The position numbers were made by a program, and so were the translations under genes. Source: Longimicrobiales bacterium (GTDB taxonomy: Bacteria; Gemmatimonadota; Gemmatimonadetes; Longimicrobiales; Gaopeijiaceae). From it: 64,000 bases of DNA. Position 1 is the stretch's first letter, and every line of letters starts with the position of its first letter. The notes below the pieces were generated by a model. The model did not search any database and was not told the origin of the DNA. It saw only the letters and a list, made by a program, of their open reading frames with translations. Positions 30,238-38,994 of the stretch are shown piece by piece. The stretch lies in NCBI GenBank assembly GCA_965238005.1, contig OZ250165.1, positions 1,312,001 to 1,376,000 of the forward strand, written 5' to 3'.

Positions 30238-32004
30238 GTGATGCGCATGCGCAAGACGGACAGCCGGCGGTCCACCGGATGGGGGAGAGCATATCGGATT
30301 TCGGGGGCACTGGTCCTCGGCCTCGCTCTCCTCGCAGGTCAGGTGCGGGGCCAGGAGATGGACCACGCCGCCCACGCCATGGATATGGGCGACAGCCTGG
30401 TGTGGACGATGCCGCCGCACCCCGCGTGGATGAATCCAGCCATGATGGCCCCGTTCATGGGGATCCTACCGAACGTCTCGCCGTTTCTGCCAGGTCCGGA
30501 CTTGGACATCGGCGTACTGCCGATGGCCCGTGCTCCCGAGGTGGTACAACTGGTCGACGGGGATACGCTGCGGCTCGACGCCGGGGTGCTGCATGGGATG
30601 ATCGGCAGCCGGATGGTCAAGGTGTACGGTTTCAACGGCCAGTTCCCGGGCCCGACGCTCAGAGTGCCCCAGGACGCGACCATCGTGGTGGAGTTCACGA
30701 ACAACATCGATTTCGCGACCACCCTGCGCTGGCATGGGGTGCGGGTCGAGAACCGATACGACGGGGTTCCGGGCCTGACCCAGAGGCCCGTCCGGGTGGG
30801 GAGCACCTACACCGCGCAGGTCCGTTTCCCGGATGCTGGAGTGTTCTGGTATCACCCGCATCAGCGTGGGCACATCGCGCAGGATCTGGGACTGTACGGC
30901 AGCATCATCGTCGACTCGCCGGATCCCGACTACTACGGCTCCGCCAACTCCGAGGAGTCGCTGATCATCGATGACGCCCTCATGACGGAGACGGGCTGGA
31001 CACCCTTCGGACTCGAGGCGCCGACTAACGCACTCATGGGGCGGTTCGGCAACGTCATTCTGGTCAACGGGCGACCCGGATTCCGGAAGACCGTCAAGAA
31101 AGGCGACGTCGTGCGGCTCTTCCTGACCAACGCGTCGAATACGAGGAACTACAACCTCAGGATCGAGGGCGGGGTCCCGATGAAGCTCTTGGCTGGGGGG
31201 CTCAGTCGGTTCGAACGCGAAGAGATGACGCCCACCGTGATAATCGCTCCCGGCCAGCGCTACGTCGTCGCCGCCAAGTTCGACGAGCCGGGCGAGTACG
31301 CGCTCACCAACCGGATCACCGCCGTCGATCACTGGATGGGAGAGTACTTCTACCAGGTCGATACGCTGGGTGTGTTCGTGGTGTCCGATGAAAGCACCGA
31401 TCAGGACTTCAGCGCGGCGTTCGAGACCCTGCGGTCCAACGACGAGGTAATCGCCGAGTTCGAGGCCGTGCGCGCCGAGGCGAACCGGCAAGTGGACGAG
31501 GAGCTCGTCCTGTCCCTCAACATCGGCGAGCTTCCCATCCCGGTCATCCTGATGATGGAGATAGACACGCTCTTTTACCCGCCGGTGGAGTTCAACGACG
31601 CCATGCCGATGATGAACTGGCTTTCCACCGGCATCAACTTGACGTGGCTCATGCACGAGCCCGACCCCGACGCGTCACGCCGCGACCTCGGGCCGGCGTT
31701 CGGGTGGCGGTTCAAGGAAGGGGACATCGTCAAGATCCGCATCTACAACACACACGAGTCCTGGCATCCCATGAGCCATCCGCTGCACCTCCACGGTCAA
31801 CGGTTCGCGGTGATCGAGCAGGACGGAGTGCAGACAACGAATCTCGTGTGGAGGGACACCGTCCTGATCCCGGTCGGCACCACCATGGATCTTCTGGTGG
31901 AGATGTCGAACCCCGGGACCTGGATGTTCAATTGCCAGATCCCGGAGCACGTGGGGTCCGGCATGTCCATGAACTTCACCGTGGAGCCGGCCCCCCCAGG
32001 ATAG
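30238..32004 (+). CDS. Multicopper oxidase family protein with degenerate trinuclear site
   Basis: FNGQFPGPTL, RWHG, WYHPH, HPLHLHG, NCQIPEHVGSGM; Met/His-rich N-terminus. Confidence 0.9.
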   Translation: MMRMRKTDSRRSTGWGRAYRISGALVLGLALLAGQVRGQEMDHAAHAMDMGDSLVWTMPPHPAWMNPAMMAPFMGILPNVSPFLPGPDLDIGVLPMARAPEVVQLVDGDTLRLDAGVLHGMIGSRMVKVYGFNGQFPGPTLRVPQDATIVVEFTNNIDFATTLRWHGVRVENRYDGVPGLTQRPVRVGSTYTAQVRFPDAGVFWYHPHQRGHIAQDLGLYGSIIVDSPDPDYYGSANSEESLIIDDALMTETGWTPFGLEAPTNALMGRFGNVILVNGRPGFRKTVKKGDVVRLFLTNASNTRNYNLRIEGGVPMKLLAGGLSRFEREEMTPTVIIAPGQRYVVAAKFDEPGEYALTNRITAVDHWMGEYFYQVDTLGVFVVSDESTDQDFSAAFETLRSNDEVIAEFEAVRAEANRQVDEELVLSLNIGELPIPVILMMEIDTLFYPPVEFNDAMPMMNWLSTGINLTWLMHEPDPDASRRDLGPAFGWRFKEGDIVKIRIYNTHESWHPMSHPLHLHGQRFAVIEQDGVQTTNLVWRDTVLIPVGTTMDLLVEMSNPGTWMFNCQIPEHVGSGMSMNFTVEPAPPG

Positions 32005-32080
32005 CCCTGTTCGGGCACTCCGCAGCGAGAGGGGGCGAGCCCACCTGACCCACCCCCTCCAATTCGGCTGCGGACAGCCG

Positions 32081-34510
32081 CTAGAACACCGGCTGCCTCC
32101 GCTTCCGCACCACGAAGAGCCCTTCACGCATGCTGGTGAAGACGATCACTCCGCTCTCGAAGAACGGGTAGTTGCTCCAGGAGCCCGCGAACCCGGGAGA
32201 GTTCTCGCCCACCGGAACACTGTCGAAGAATCCTACTTCCTTCGGGTTGGCGGGATCGGAGATGTCCAGGATTCGGAGACCGCTCACGTAGTTGGACTGA
32301 TACATGAACTGGCCCTGGATGTAGAGGTTGTGGTCGGATGACGACGTCTCGCCCATGTGCTCCTTGACCAGAACGGGGTCATCCAGGTCCTCGATGTCCC
32401 ACACCAGCGTCCGAGTCCGCTCCACTCCGGAGAGCTCGTCCAGCTCGTCGTTGACGTAGAAGTAGCGGTGGTCGTCCGAGATCCAGCCCTGGTGGACGTA
32501 GCCTGGGTTGGGGTAGGTCGCCGTGGCGATCGGAACGGGGTTCGATTTGTCCGAGACGTCGGAGATGCTGATCGCCGTCTCGTTGGCACCGAAGCACACT
32601 TCCTTCCCCTGATGCTGCGTGTCTGGACCCTTGTACACGATGCACTGGGCGTCGTGGCTGTATCCGGTTCCGGTATTCCCCGTGGCCGGGTCCGAAAAGC
32701 ACCCGGCGAAGGTGGGGTTGGTGGGATCGCGGACGTCGATCATGTGGAGACCGCCACCGCACGTCTCGCCACCCATGCTCGCGCCGACGACATAAGCGAA
32801 GCCCGAGCCCTCGTTCATCACGATGTTGTGGGCACTGAAGATACCGTCGTAGTGGGCCGTCTCTCCGAACGTCACGGGCGGATTCTCCACGTCGCGGAGC
32901 TGACGGAGATCGAAGATCTGGACTCCGTGCGGCCCGGCGCCGTCTGCTACGATAAAGGCATGGTCGGCGTACACCTTCACGTCGCGCCACATGTTCGCCG
33001 TGGCACCTTCGGTAAGGGGAAGCTCGCCCAGGTAGAGTGGGTTGGCCGGATCCTGGAGGCTGACGAAGGTCATGGCGTCCATGCGCCCCACCAGGGCGTA
33101 CTCGATTCCAGTGTCGGGATCGGTCCAACCCCAGATGTCGTTCACCATGATTCCCCGGGCTCCGCCCAGGTCCTTTACCGGCAGGAAAGAGACCAGGTCG
33201 ACCTCGGAACAGTCGAAGCCACCGACGGTCCCGACGTCACTGCAGTCCTCGGGTGACCCGAGGATCCCCTCCATGCCACCGCCCTCGTCGATGAGCGATT
33301 CGATCACCCCCCACTCCCCGACGGCGCTCTCGCGTCCATACAGGTTGCCCACTCCCTCGAAGAAGTCGGCTCCCGGGGCTCCCACGACGGCGAGGTCCTC
33401 GCCGCCGGCGATGGCCATTCCCATGAAGGACCTCGGAGACGTCATAGTCAGTGTCTGCAGCTCCTGCCAATCACCCCCACTGGAAGCCCGGAAGACAAAG
33501 GCCATTCCGGCAAGGGGTGCACCCACGAAGAGATCCTCGCCGGCCCTGGCCACGGCCATGCCGAACCCGGACTGGCGAACGGCCGTCGAGGCCGTGATGC
33601 GCCCGGCCTCCGACCACTCCCCCGCGGCGCTCGGAGCGAAGCGGTGCACCACCCCGTTGATCTCGTTCCCTAGGGGCGCCCCGATGAGCGCCTCGTCACC
33701 GTCGAGAACGACCGAATGGCCGAACAGGCCGGGCCCCTCTCTACCGGACGTGACCCGGGCGACTTCCACGAAGTCGCCAGCCTCGAGCTCGAAGATGTAG
33801 GCGGATCCGGCCGCCGGCGGTGGGCCTCCGGGAAGCATGCCGGGGAAAGGTCCCGGTGCCCCGACGAGGAGCCGCTCCCCGTCGAAGGCCAGGGCGGCGC
33901 CGAACCTCTCACCCGCCCGGACGTCCGAGCCTCCGATCGTGGCGATCTCGGTCCAGGCTCCGCCGAGCATCCGGAAGACGACGACCGCGCCGCCTTGCTC
34001 CGCATGACCCGGCGCCCCCACCAGCGCGAAATCGCCGCTCAGCACTACGGAGCCCCCGAGCTCGTCTCCAGCCGTCCGCGTCGCCGTCCGCAATACGGCA
34101 GTCTGCTGCCACTGTGCCTCCGGCTCGGAACGCCGGAACATGTAGGCTGCGCCCCGCCCTTCCTGCGTCTTGGGGGCCCCCACGAGCATGGTGTTGCCGT
34201 CCACGGCCAGCGCCTGTCCGAAGCCGTCACCCACCTCGACGGAGTCCGAGGTCACCACGGCCTTCTCCTCCCACCTGTTGTCGGTGTTCCCGAAGACGTG
34301 GACGCTGCCCGTATGGTTCGGGGGGATGGGGAAGAAGGAGATTTCCCCCGGACGACCAACGAATACCTCACCGCCCTGGACGACGACGGCCGCTCCGAAG
34401 CCTGCGGAGCCCATGGAGCGTCCGCCGGTCACGGAGGTCTGTGCCGCAACCGGCGTGCTCGAAAGGAAAAGGCCGAAGCCTAGAGCGATCAAACGAAAGG
34501 TGCTCTGCAT
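32081..34510 (-). CDS. Choice-of-anchor B family protein (FG-GAP repeats plus LVIVD-type propeller)
   Basis: FG...VGAP repeats; NDIWGWTD, WRDVKVY, AHNI, YSHDAQC, HQGW, HNLY, GSWSNYPFFESG. Confidence 0.88.
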   Translation of the reverse strand: MQSTFRLIALGFGLFLSSTPVAAQTSVTGGRSMGSAGFGAAVVVQGGEVFVGRPGEISFFPIPPNHTGSVHVFGNTDNRWEEKAVVTSDSVEVGDGFGQALAVDGNTMLVGAPKTQEGRGAAYMFRRSEPEAQWQQTAVLRTATRTAGDELGGSVVLSGDFALVGAPGHAEQGGAVVVFRMLGGAWTEIATIGGSDVRAGERFGAALAFDGERLLVGAPGPFPGMLPGGPPPAAGSAYIFELEAGDFVEVARVTSGREGPGLFGHSVVLDGDEALIGAPLGNEINGVVHRFAPSAAGEWSEAGRITASTAVRQSGFGMAVARAGEDLFVGAPLAGMAFVFRASSGGDWQELQTLTMTSPRSFMGMAIAGGEDLAVVGAPGADFFEGVGNLYGRESAVGEWGVIESLIDEGGGMEGILGSPEDCSDVGTVGGFDCSEVDLVSFLPVKDLGGARGIMVNDIWGWTDPDTGIEYALVGRMDAMTFVSLQDPANPLYLGELPLTEGATANMWRDVKVYADHAFIVADGAGPHGVQIFDLRQLRDVENPPVTFGETAHYDGIFSAHNIVMNEGSGFAYVVGASMGGETCGGGLHMIDVRDPTNPTFAGCFSDPATGNTGTGYSHDAQCIVYKGPDTQHQGKEVCFGANETAISISDVSDKSNPVPIATATYPNPGYVHQGWISDDHRYFYVNDELDELSGVERTRTLVWDIEDLDDPVLVKEHMGETSSSDHNLYIQGQFMYQSNYVSGLRILDISDPANPKEVGFFDSVPVGENSPGFAGSWSNYPFFESGVIVFTSMREGLFVVRKRRQPVF

Positions 34511-34689
34511 CTGTCGTGCTCCTAGCGAATGCGGCCCTCAATCTCGAAAAGGAGGCCCGCTTGCGCCAGAGTCCATACGAGCGGCGAAGGCTCGGAGGTT
34601 CGACCGTACGACGGAGGATTGAAGCCGCACTGCGGTCGATACATGTTCCCGAAGGGCCGTTCACGCCCTCCTCTAACAGGGGTCGGGAC

Positions 34690-35691
34690 ATGCGCGCAGC
34701 CGTCCTGGAGACAACCGCCGACATCGATAGTGATCCACTCCACGTCCGTGAGGTGGACGATCCGAGCCCGGGACCCGACGAGGTCCGAGTCCGGGTCCGT
34801 GCTTGTGCGGTCTGCCGGACCGACCTCCACGTCATCGAGGGCGACCTTCCGGAGCAGAGGAGACCGGTCATACTCGGGCACCAGGTGGTGGGTATCGTGG
34901 ACCAGGTAGGGCAGGGCTGCACCCGATTGGAGCACGGGATGCGCGTGGGGATCGCCTGGCTTCGTGAGACCGACGGGACGTGTCGATTCTGCCTGAGCGG
35001 GCGGGAGAACCTCTGCGCAGATTCTCGATACACGGGATATCATGCGGACGGCGGATACGCGGACTTCGCAACGGTGCCGGAGGCGTTCGCCTACGACCTT
35101 CCAGAGGGCTTCGACGACGTATCCGGTGCGCCCCTCCTTTGCGCAGGCCTAGTGGGATACAGGGCTCTCGAGCGGGCGGAGGTGCCAGAGGGAGGAAGGC
35201 TCCTGCTCGTCGGCTTCGGATCGTCCGCCCACATCGTGCTTCAGCTCGCTCTTGGTCGTGGTCATGAAGTCTTCGTTGTCACTCGGAGTGACAACCACGT
35301 GCGACATGCTCTCGAGATGGGGGCGGGATGGGCCGGAAACGATCTCCGGGATCTGCCCGTGAAGGTGGATAGCGCTGTGCTCTTCGCTCCGGTGGGGCAT
35401 CTGGTACCGCCCATCATGGCCGCACTCGAGCGGGGAGGCACGCTGTCCATTGCCGGGATCTATCTGAGCGACGTGCCCCCGATGGAGTACGAGGCGCACC
35501 TCTTCCACGAGAAGCAGATCCGATCGGTCGAGGCCAATACGCGGGACGATGGCCGTCGACTGCTCGAAGAGGCGGGGTCGGCGGGCGTCCGTCCCCACGT
35601 GACGACGTACGATCTGGGAGACGCCAACCGGGCGCTTCAAGACATGAAGCACTCGCGGCTCCGCGGAACGGGAGTTCTGGTGCTGGAGTAG
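34690..35691 (+). CDS. Zinc-dependent alcohol dehydrogenase family protein
   Basis: CAVCRTDLH, GHQVVG, CRFCLSGRENLC, PLLCAG. Confidence 0.9.
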   Translation: MRAAVLETTADIDSDPLHVREVDDPSPGPDEVRVRVRACAVCRTDLHVIEGDLPEQRRPVILGHQVVGIVDQVGQGCTRLEHGMRVGIAWLRETDGTCRFCLSGRENLCADSRYTGYHADGGYADFATVPEAFAYDLPEGFDDVSGAPLLCAGLVGYRALERAEVPEGGRLLLVGFGSSAHIVLQLALGRGHEVFVVTRSDNHVRHALEMGAGWAGNDLRDLPVKVDSAVLFAPVGHLVPPIMAALERGGTLSIAGIYLSDVPPMEYEAHLFHEKQIRSVEANTRDDGRRLLEEAGSAGVRPHVTTYDLGDANRALQDMKHSRLRGTGVLVLE

Positions 35692-36026
35692 AGGGCGAGG
35701 TCGCATGCTCGCTCCCTTTGCTTCGGCCGGCACGTTACGTGCCCACCGTTTCTTGTGTGAGGAAGAGAGGTACGCGAACTCCATGCTCCGCTGTGGAACG
35801 GCCTTGCCGAGAAGCGTGGTGAGTCGCCGACGGGCCGCTGCGCCGCTGGCGATCGCCGTCGCCGTTGCGTTCGCACTGACCCCAGCGGGCGCGGCGGCTC
35901 AAGGAAGCTCGCGGAAGGTGTCCTGCCCGTCCCCGGCAAGACGCGATCTCAGCACCCGCTATTTCTTTTTCGACCAGGTCGCTCGTATACTGGGCGCCTG
36001 ACGTCACAAACGAGAGGGGAGCCGAC

Positions 36027-36671
36027 ATGAGCAAGATGCGATTTCTTCTAGCCGCCGTTCCGCTGGTCTTGCTGGGCTCGAGCCCGAGGTCCGTTCAAGA
36101 GCCCGCCATGAGTTTTTTCCTTACGAGCACGGGTCCCGGAAACGGAGCCGACCTGGGTGGTCTCGAGGGCGCAGACCGGTACTGCCAAATGCTGGCCCGG
36201 GCCGTGGGCGGCGATGACGAACGCACGTGGCGGGCCTACCTGAGCACCACCGGAGGGGGTGGGGTCGACGCACGAGACCGTATCGGTGACGGCCCGTGGT
36301 ACAACTCCCGTGGCGTCCGGATCGCCGACAACGGGGCGAACCTGCACAGCGACTCGAACAACCTCACCAAGGAGACCCAGCTCTCCGAGATGGGTTTGAC
36401 GATCAACGGCCGGGGCGATAGCCCCAACCGCCACGACATCATCACGGGCTCTCAAATGGATGGCACAGCGGCTTCAGCCGGAGACGACACGACCTGCTCC
36501 AATTGGACCAGTCACGGAGAGGGTAGTGCACTGGTGGGCCATCACGACCGTCAAGGCGGCGGGACGAACCCCACGTCCTGGAACTTCGCGCACGCCTCCA
36601 GGGGCTGCAGCCAGGAGAAACTCCAGGGCACGGGCGGCGACGGCCTCTTCTACTGCTTCGCCATCAACTGA
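36027..36671 (+). CDS. Secreted lectin/endostatin-like conserved hypothetical protein
   Basis: SFFLTS, GADLGGLEGADRYCQ, WRAYLS, DARDRIG.GPW, GLFYCFA. Confidence 0.75.
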   Translation: MSKMRFLLAAVPLVLLGSSPRSVQEPAMSFFLTSTGPGNGADLGGLEGADRYCQMLARAVGGDDERTWRAYLSTTGGGGVDARDRIGDGPWYNSRGVRIADNGANLHSDSNNLTKETQLSEMGLTINGRGDSPNRHDIITGSQMDGTAASAGDDTTCSNWTSHGEGSALVGHHDRQGGGTNPTSWNFAHASRGCSQEKLQGTGGDGLFYCFAIN

Positions 36672-36865
36672 CGCGGTGGGCTCCTCCGGAGCTGGGGGAG
36701 TCCAAGTCCTCGATGAAGTCCGTCGCCTCTTCGGCGCTCGGGCGGATGACGGAGAGGACGCCCAAGGTGGCCAGGATGAGAGCGAGAATAATGCGCGTCA
36801 TGCTGTGTGTGCGTATACTAAAGTCTCACGTAGGTTCCTGGCACCGACGAGAAGGAGGGCTCCCC

Positions 36866-37525
36866 ATGCGACTACGCTGTACTGCGTTCATCTTCATCAT
36901 TTCCTTGGGACTCGCTTTCGCCCAACCCGCGGCCGCGCAGGACGAAGGATCCACCCTCATCGCCGTGGGTGAGATGGCGCCGGACTTCTCCCTGCCCGGT
37001 GCAACCCGGTACGGAATCCTACAGGATCCGGTCCGCTTGTCGGATTTGAGGGGAGAGGCGGTGGTACTGGCGTTCTTCTTCAGAGCGCGAACGCGTGGCT
37101 GAACGATCCAAATGGAAGCGTACCGTGATCAGTACGCAAGCGTATTCCGGGGCGGCCGAGGAGTAACGGTCATCGGCATCAGCGACGACTCGCCCGAAGA
37201 GCTGGCCTCTTGGGCTGCCGACGCCGACTTTCCCGTCCTGTTCGCCCACGACAAGGGTCACGCAGTGGCCCAGGCCTATGGTCTCGGGCTCCGCTCCAGC
37301 GGGAACATCGCGTCCCGGTCGGTGATCGTGGTCGGTCCGGATGGCAGGGTCGCGTGGACCGCCCTCCAGTTCCGGGGGATCGACCCCTCGGCCTACGAGG
37401 AGCTCGGAGCCGAAGTCGCCCGTGTGGCGCCGGCACTGGACGAAGGCATGGAGGATCTCCCGCAGGCCATGGACGACGGGTTCGATGGAGAGCGGCTCGA
37501 GGGAATCGGACTCCCCGACTGCTAG
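36866..37525 (+). CDS. Exported AhpC/TSA (BCP-like) peroxiredoxin, predicted selenoprotein (UGA 37100-37102)
   Basis: Signal peptide, VGEMAPDFSL, AFFFRARTRG-TGA-TIQMEAYRD, VIGISDD; both track ORFs are in the same frame. Confidence 0.8.
37118..37137 (+). promoter_or_regulatory. Candidate bacterial SECIS hairpin
   Basis: GCGTAC-CGTGATCA-GTACGC; loop begins 21 nt after the UGA, with G as second loop base. Confidence 0.6.
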
Positions 37526-37531
37526 CCTAGC

Positions 37532-38095
37532 CTAGTCGGTCCCCTCCAGGGCGGTCATGACCGCCGCCTCGATGTCCTGGTCCGGTCCGACTCCCGTATA
37601 GGTCACGACGCCCTCGGTGTCCAGGACCACGATGTAGGACGTGGCAGGGGCCAGGAAGGCCCGCACCGCACGGCCACCTTCGTCCCAGACCGTAGCATAG
37701 TCGACGGGATGCTCCTCGAGTGCTCGCTTGACCGATCGGGGCGACTGCGACACGGCAACGCTGATTGCCAGGAACTCGATCCGGTCCCGGTACCGGTCGT
37801 ACACGTCGATCATCTGCGGGAGGAGCGCCTCGCAGATCTCGCACCATCGGGCGTAGAACTCGATCAGGAGGGGCTTTTCCCCGACGTGGTCCGCCAGCTT
37901 GAACGGATTCCCATCCAGGTCCTCGATCTCCACCAGCTCCGGTCGCTCGCCCAGGGCGATGCCCACTTCTCCCCGCTTTTGTGCGGAGGCATCGGCGGGC
38001 AGGATCGCGACCATCGCGAGTGCCATGGTAGCGGCCAAAGAGGGAAGGGCATCCGTAAACGGACGCCACGGGCTACGGCGATCGATCGTGTTCAC
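37532..38095 (-). CDS. TlpA-like thiol-disulfide oxidoreductase
   Basis: Signal peptide; EFYARWCEIC; GTG start overlaps the ccdA stop (GTGA). Confidence 0.85.
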   Translation of the reverse strand: MNTIDRRSPWRPFTDALPSLAATMALAMVAILPADASAQKRGEVGIALGERPELVEIEDLDGNPFKLADHVGEKPLLIEFYARWCEICEALLPQMIDVYDRYRDRIEFLAISVAVSQSPRSVKRALEEHPVDYATVWDEGGRAVRAFLAPATSYIVVLDTEGVVTYTGVGPDQDIEAAVMTALEGTD

Positions 38096-38811
38096 AGTAC
38101 CATGCCCACCTGTACGAAGTAGTACTCGGCCATCACCAGCATAATCACCGCAGCGGCCCTTTTGATCCAGACCATCCAGGCACCGGACGATGGGAGGGCC
38201 ACTCCGAAGCCGGAGAACAGGCCCACGCCCACCAGCAGAGCCGTCATTCCAAGAGAGAAGACGAAGAGGTAGAGGAAGCCCATCGCTCCCCCCTGGGTCG
38301 CTGCCACCCAGGTGAGGACCACGGCGAACGCCGGAGCCCCACAGGGTGCCGCCACGATCCCCGATGTGGCTCCCAGGAGAAACACCGCGGGGTAGGAGCC
38401 GCCTCCCAAGCCACCGGCCCATTCGAGCCAGCGCTTCGGCGCGGAAACCGGGATGATGTCGAACATGGCCAGGCCGAAGACCAGGAGCAGGTTGCCGATG
38501 GCGAAACGAGCCCACGGGCTGGCGCTGACCGTCCCGAACAGGGTACCCGTCAGGCCGGCGATGAGCCCTACCGTGGCGTAGAGCAGGGCCAGGCCCAGGA
38601 CGTACGTGAGCGTGAGACCCACGACCCTGGACTTCGGAGCGTCCTGTTCCGCCGTACCTGCCAGTATCGACGCCGTGATGGGGATCATCGGATAGATGCA
38701 GGGTGTCAGGCTGGTCAGGACGCCGGCGCCGAACAGCGTCGCCAGCGACAGGAGCGGGCTCTGGGAGAGGCTCTCCGACAGGCCGGCACTCTGAAGCATC
38801 AGGTAGGGCAT
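38092..38811 (-). CDS. ccdA: CcdA/DsbD-beta membrane electron transporter
   Basis: SLTPCIYPMIP and APCGAP; about 6 TM segments. Confidence 0.88.
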   Translation of the reverse strand: MPYLMLQSAGLSESLSQSPLLSLATLFGAGVLTSLTPCIYPMIPITASILAGTAEQDAPKSRVVGLTLTYVLGLALLYATVGLIAGLTGTLFGTVSASPWARFAIGNLLLVFGLAMFDIIPVSAPKRWLEWAGGLGGGSYPAVFLLGATSGIVAAPCGAPAFAVVLTWVAATQGGAMGFLYLFVFSLGMTALLVGVGLFSGFGVALPSSGAWMVWIKRAAAVIMLVMAEYYFVQVGMVL

Positions 38812-38994
38812 GGTGGCATTCTAGTCGCAGTCGTAACTGTGGGACAGCCATTCTTGCAGGCGGGGCGGCTACCGAAAGCGCGTGGCTCGCGAATTGACTC
38901 GAAGCGAGCGTCAGCTTTAACTGGTAGTCGTTTCCAGCCCTGCCCTGGCGCCGAGGGCTTTCACACTGTCCTTCGCACTCTAAGGATCCCCGAC

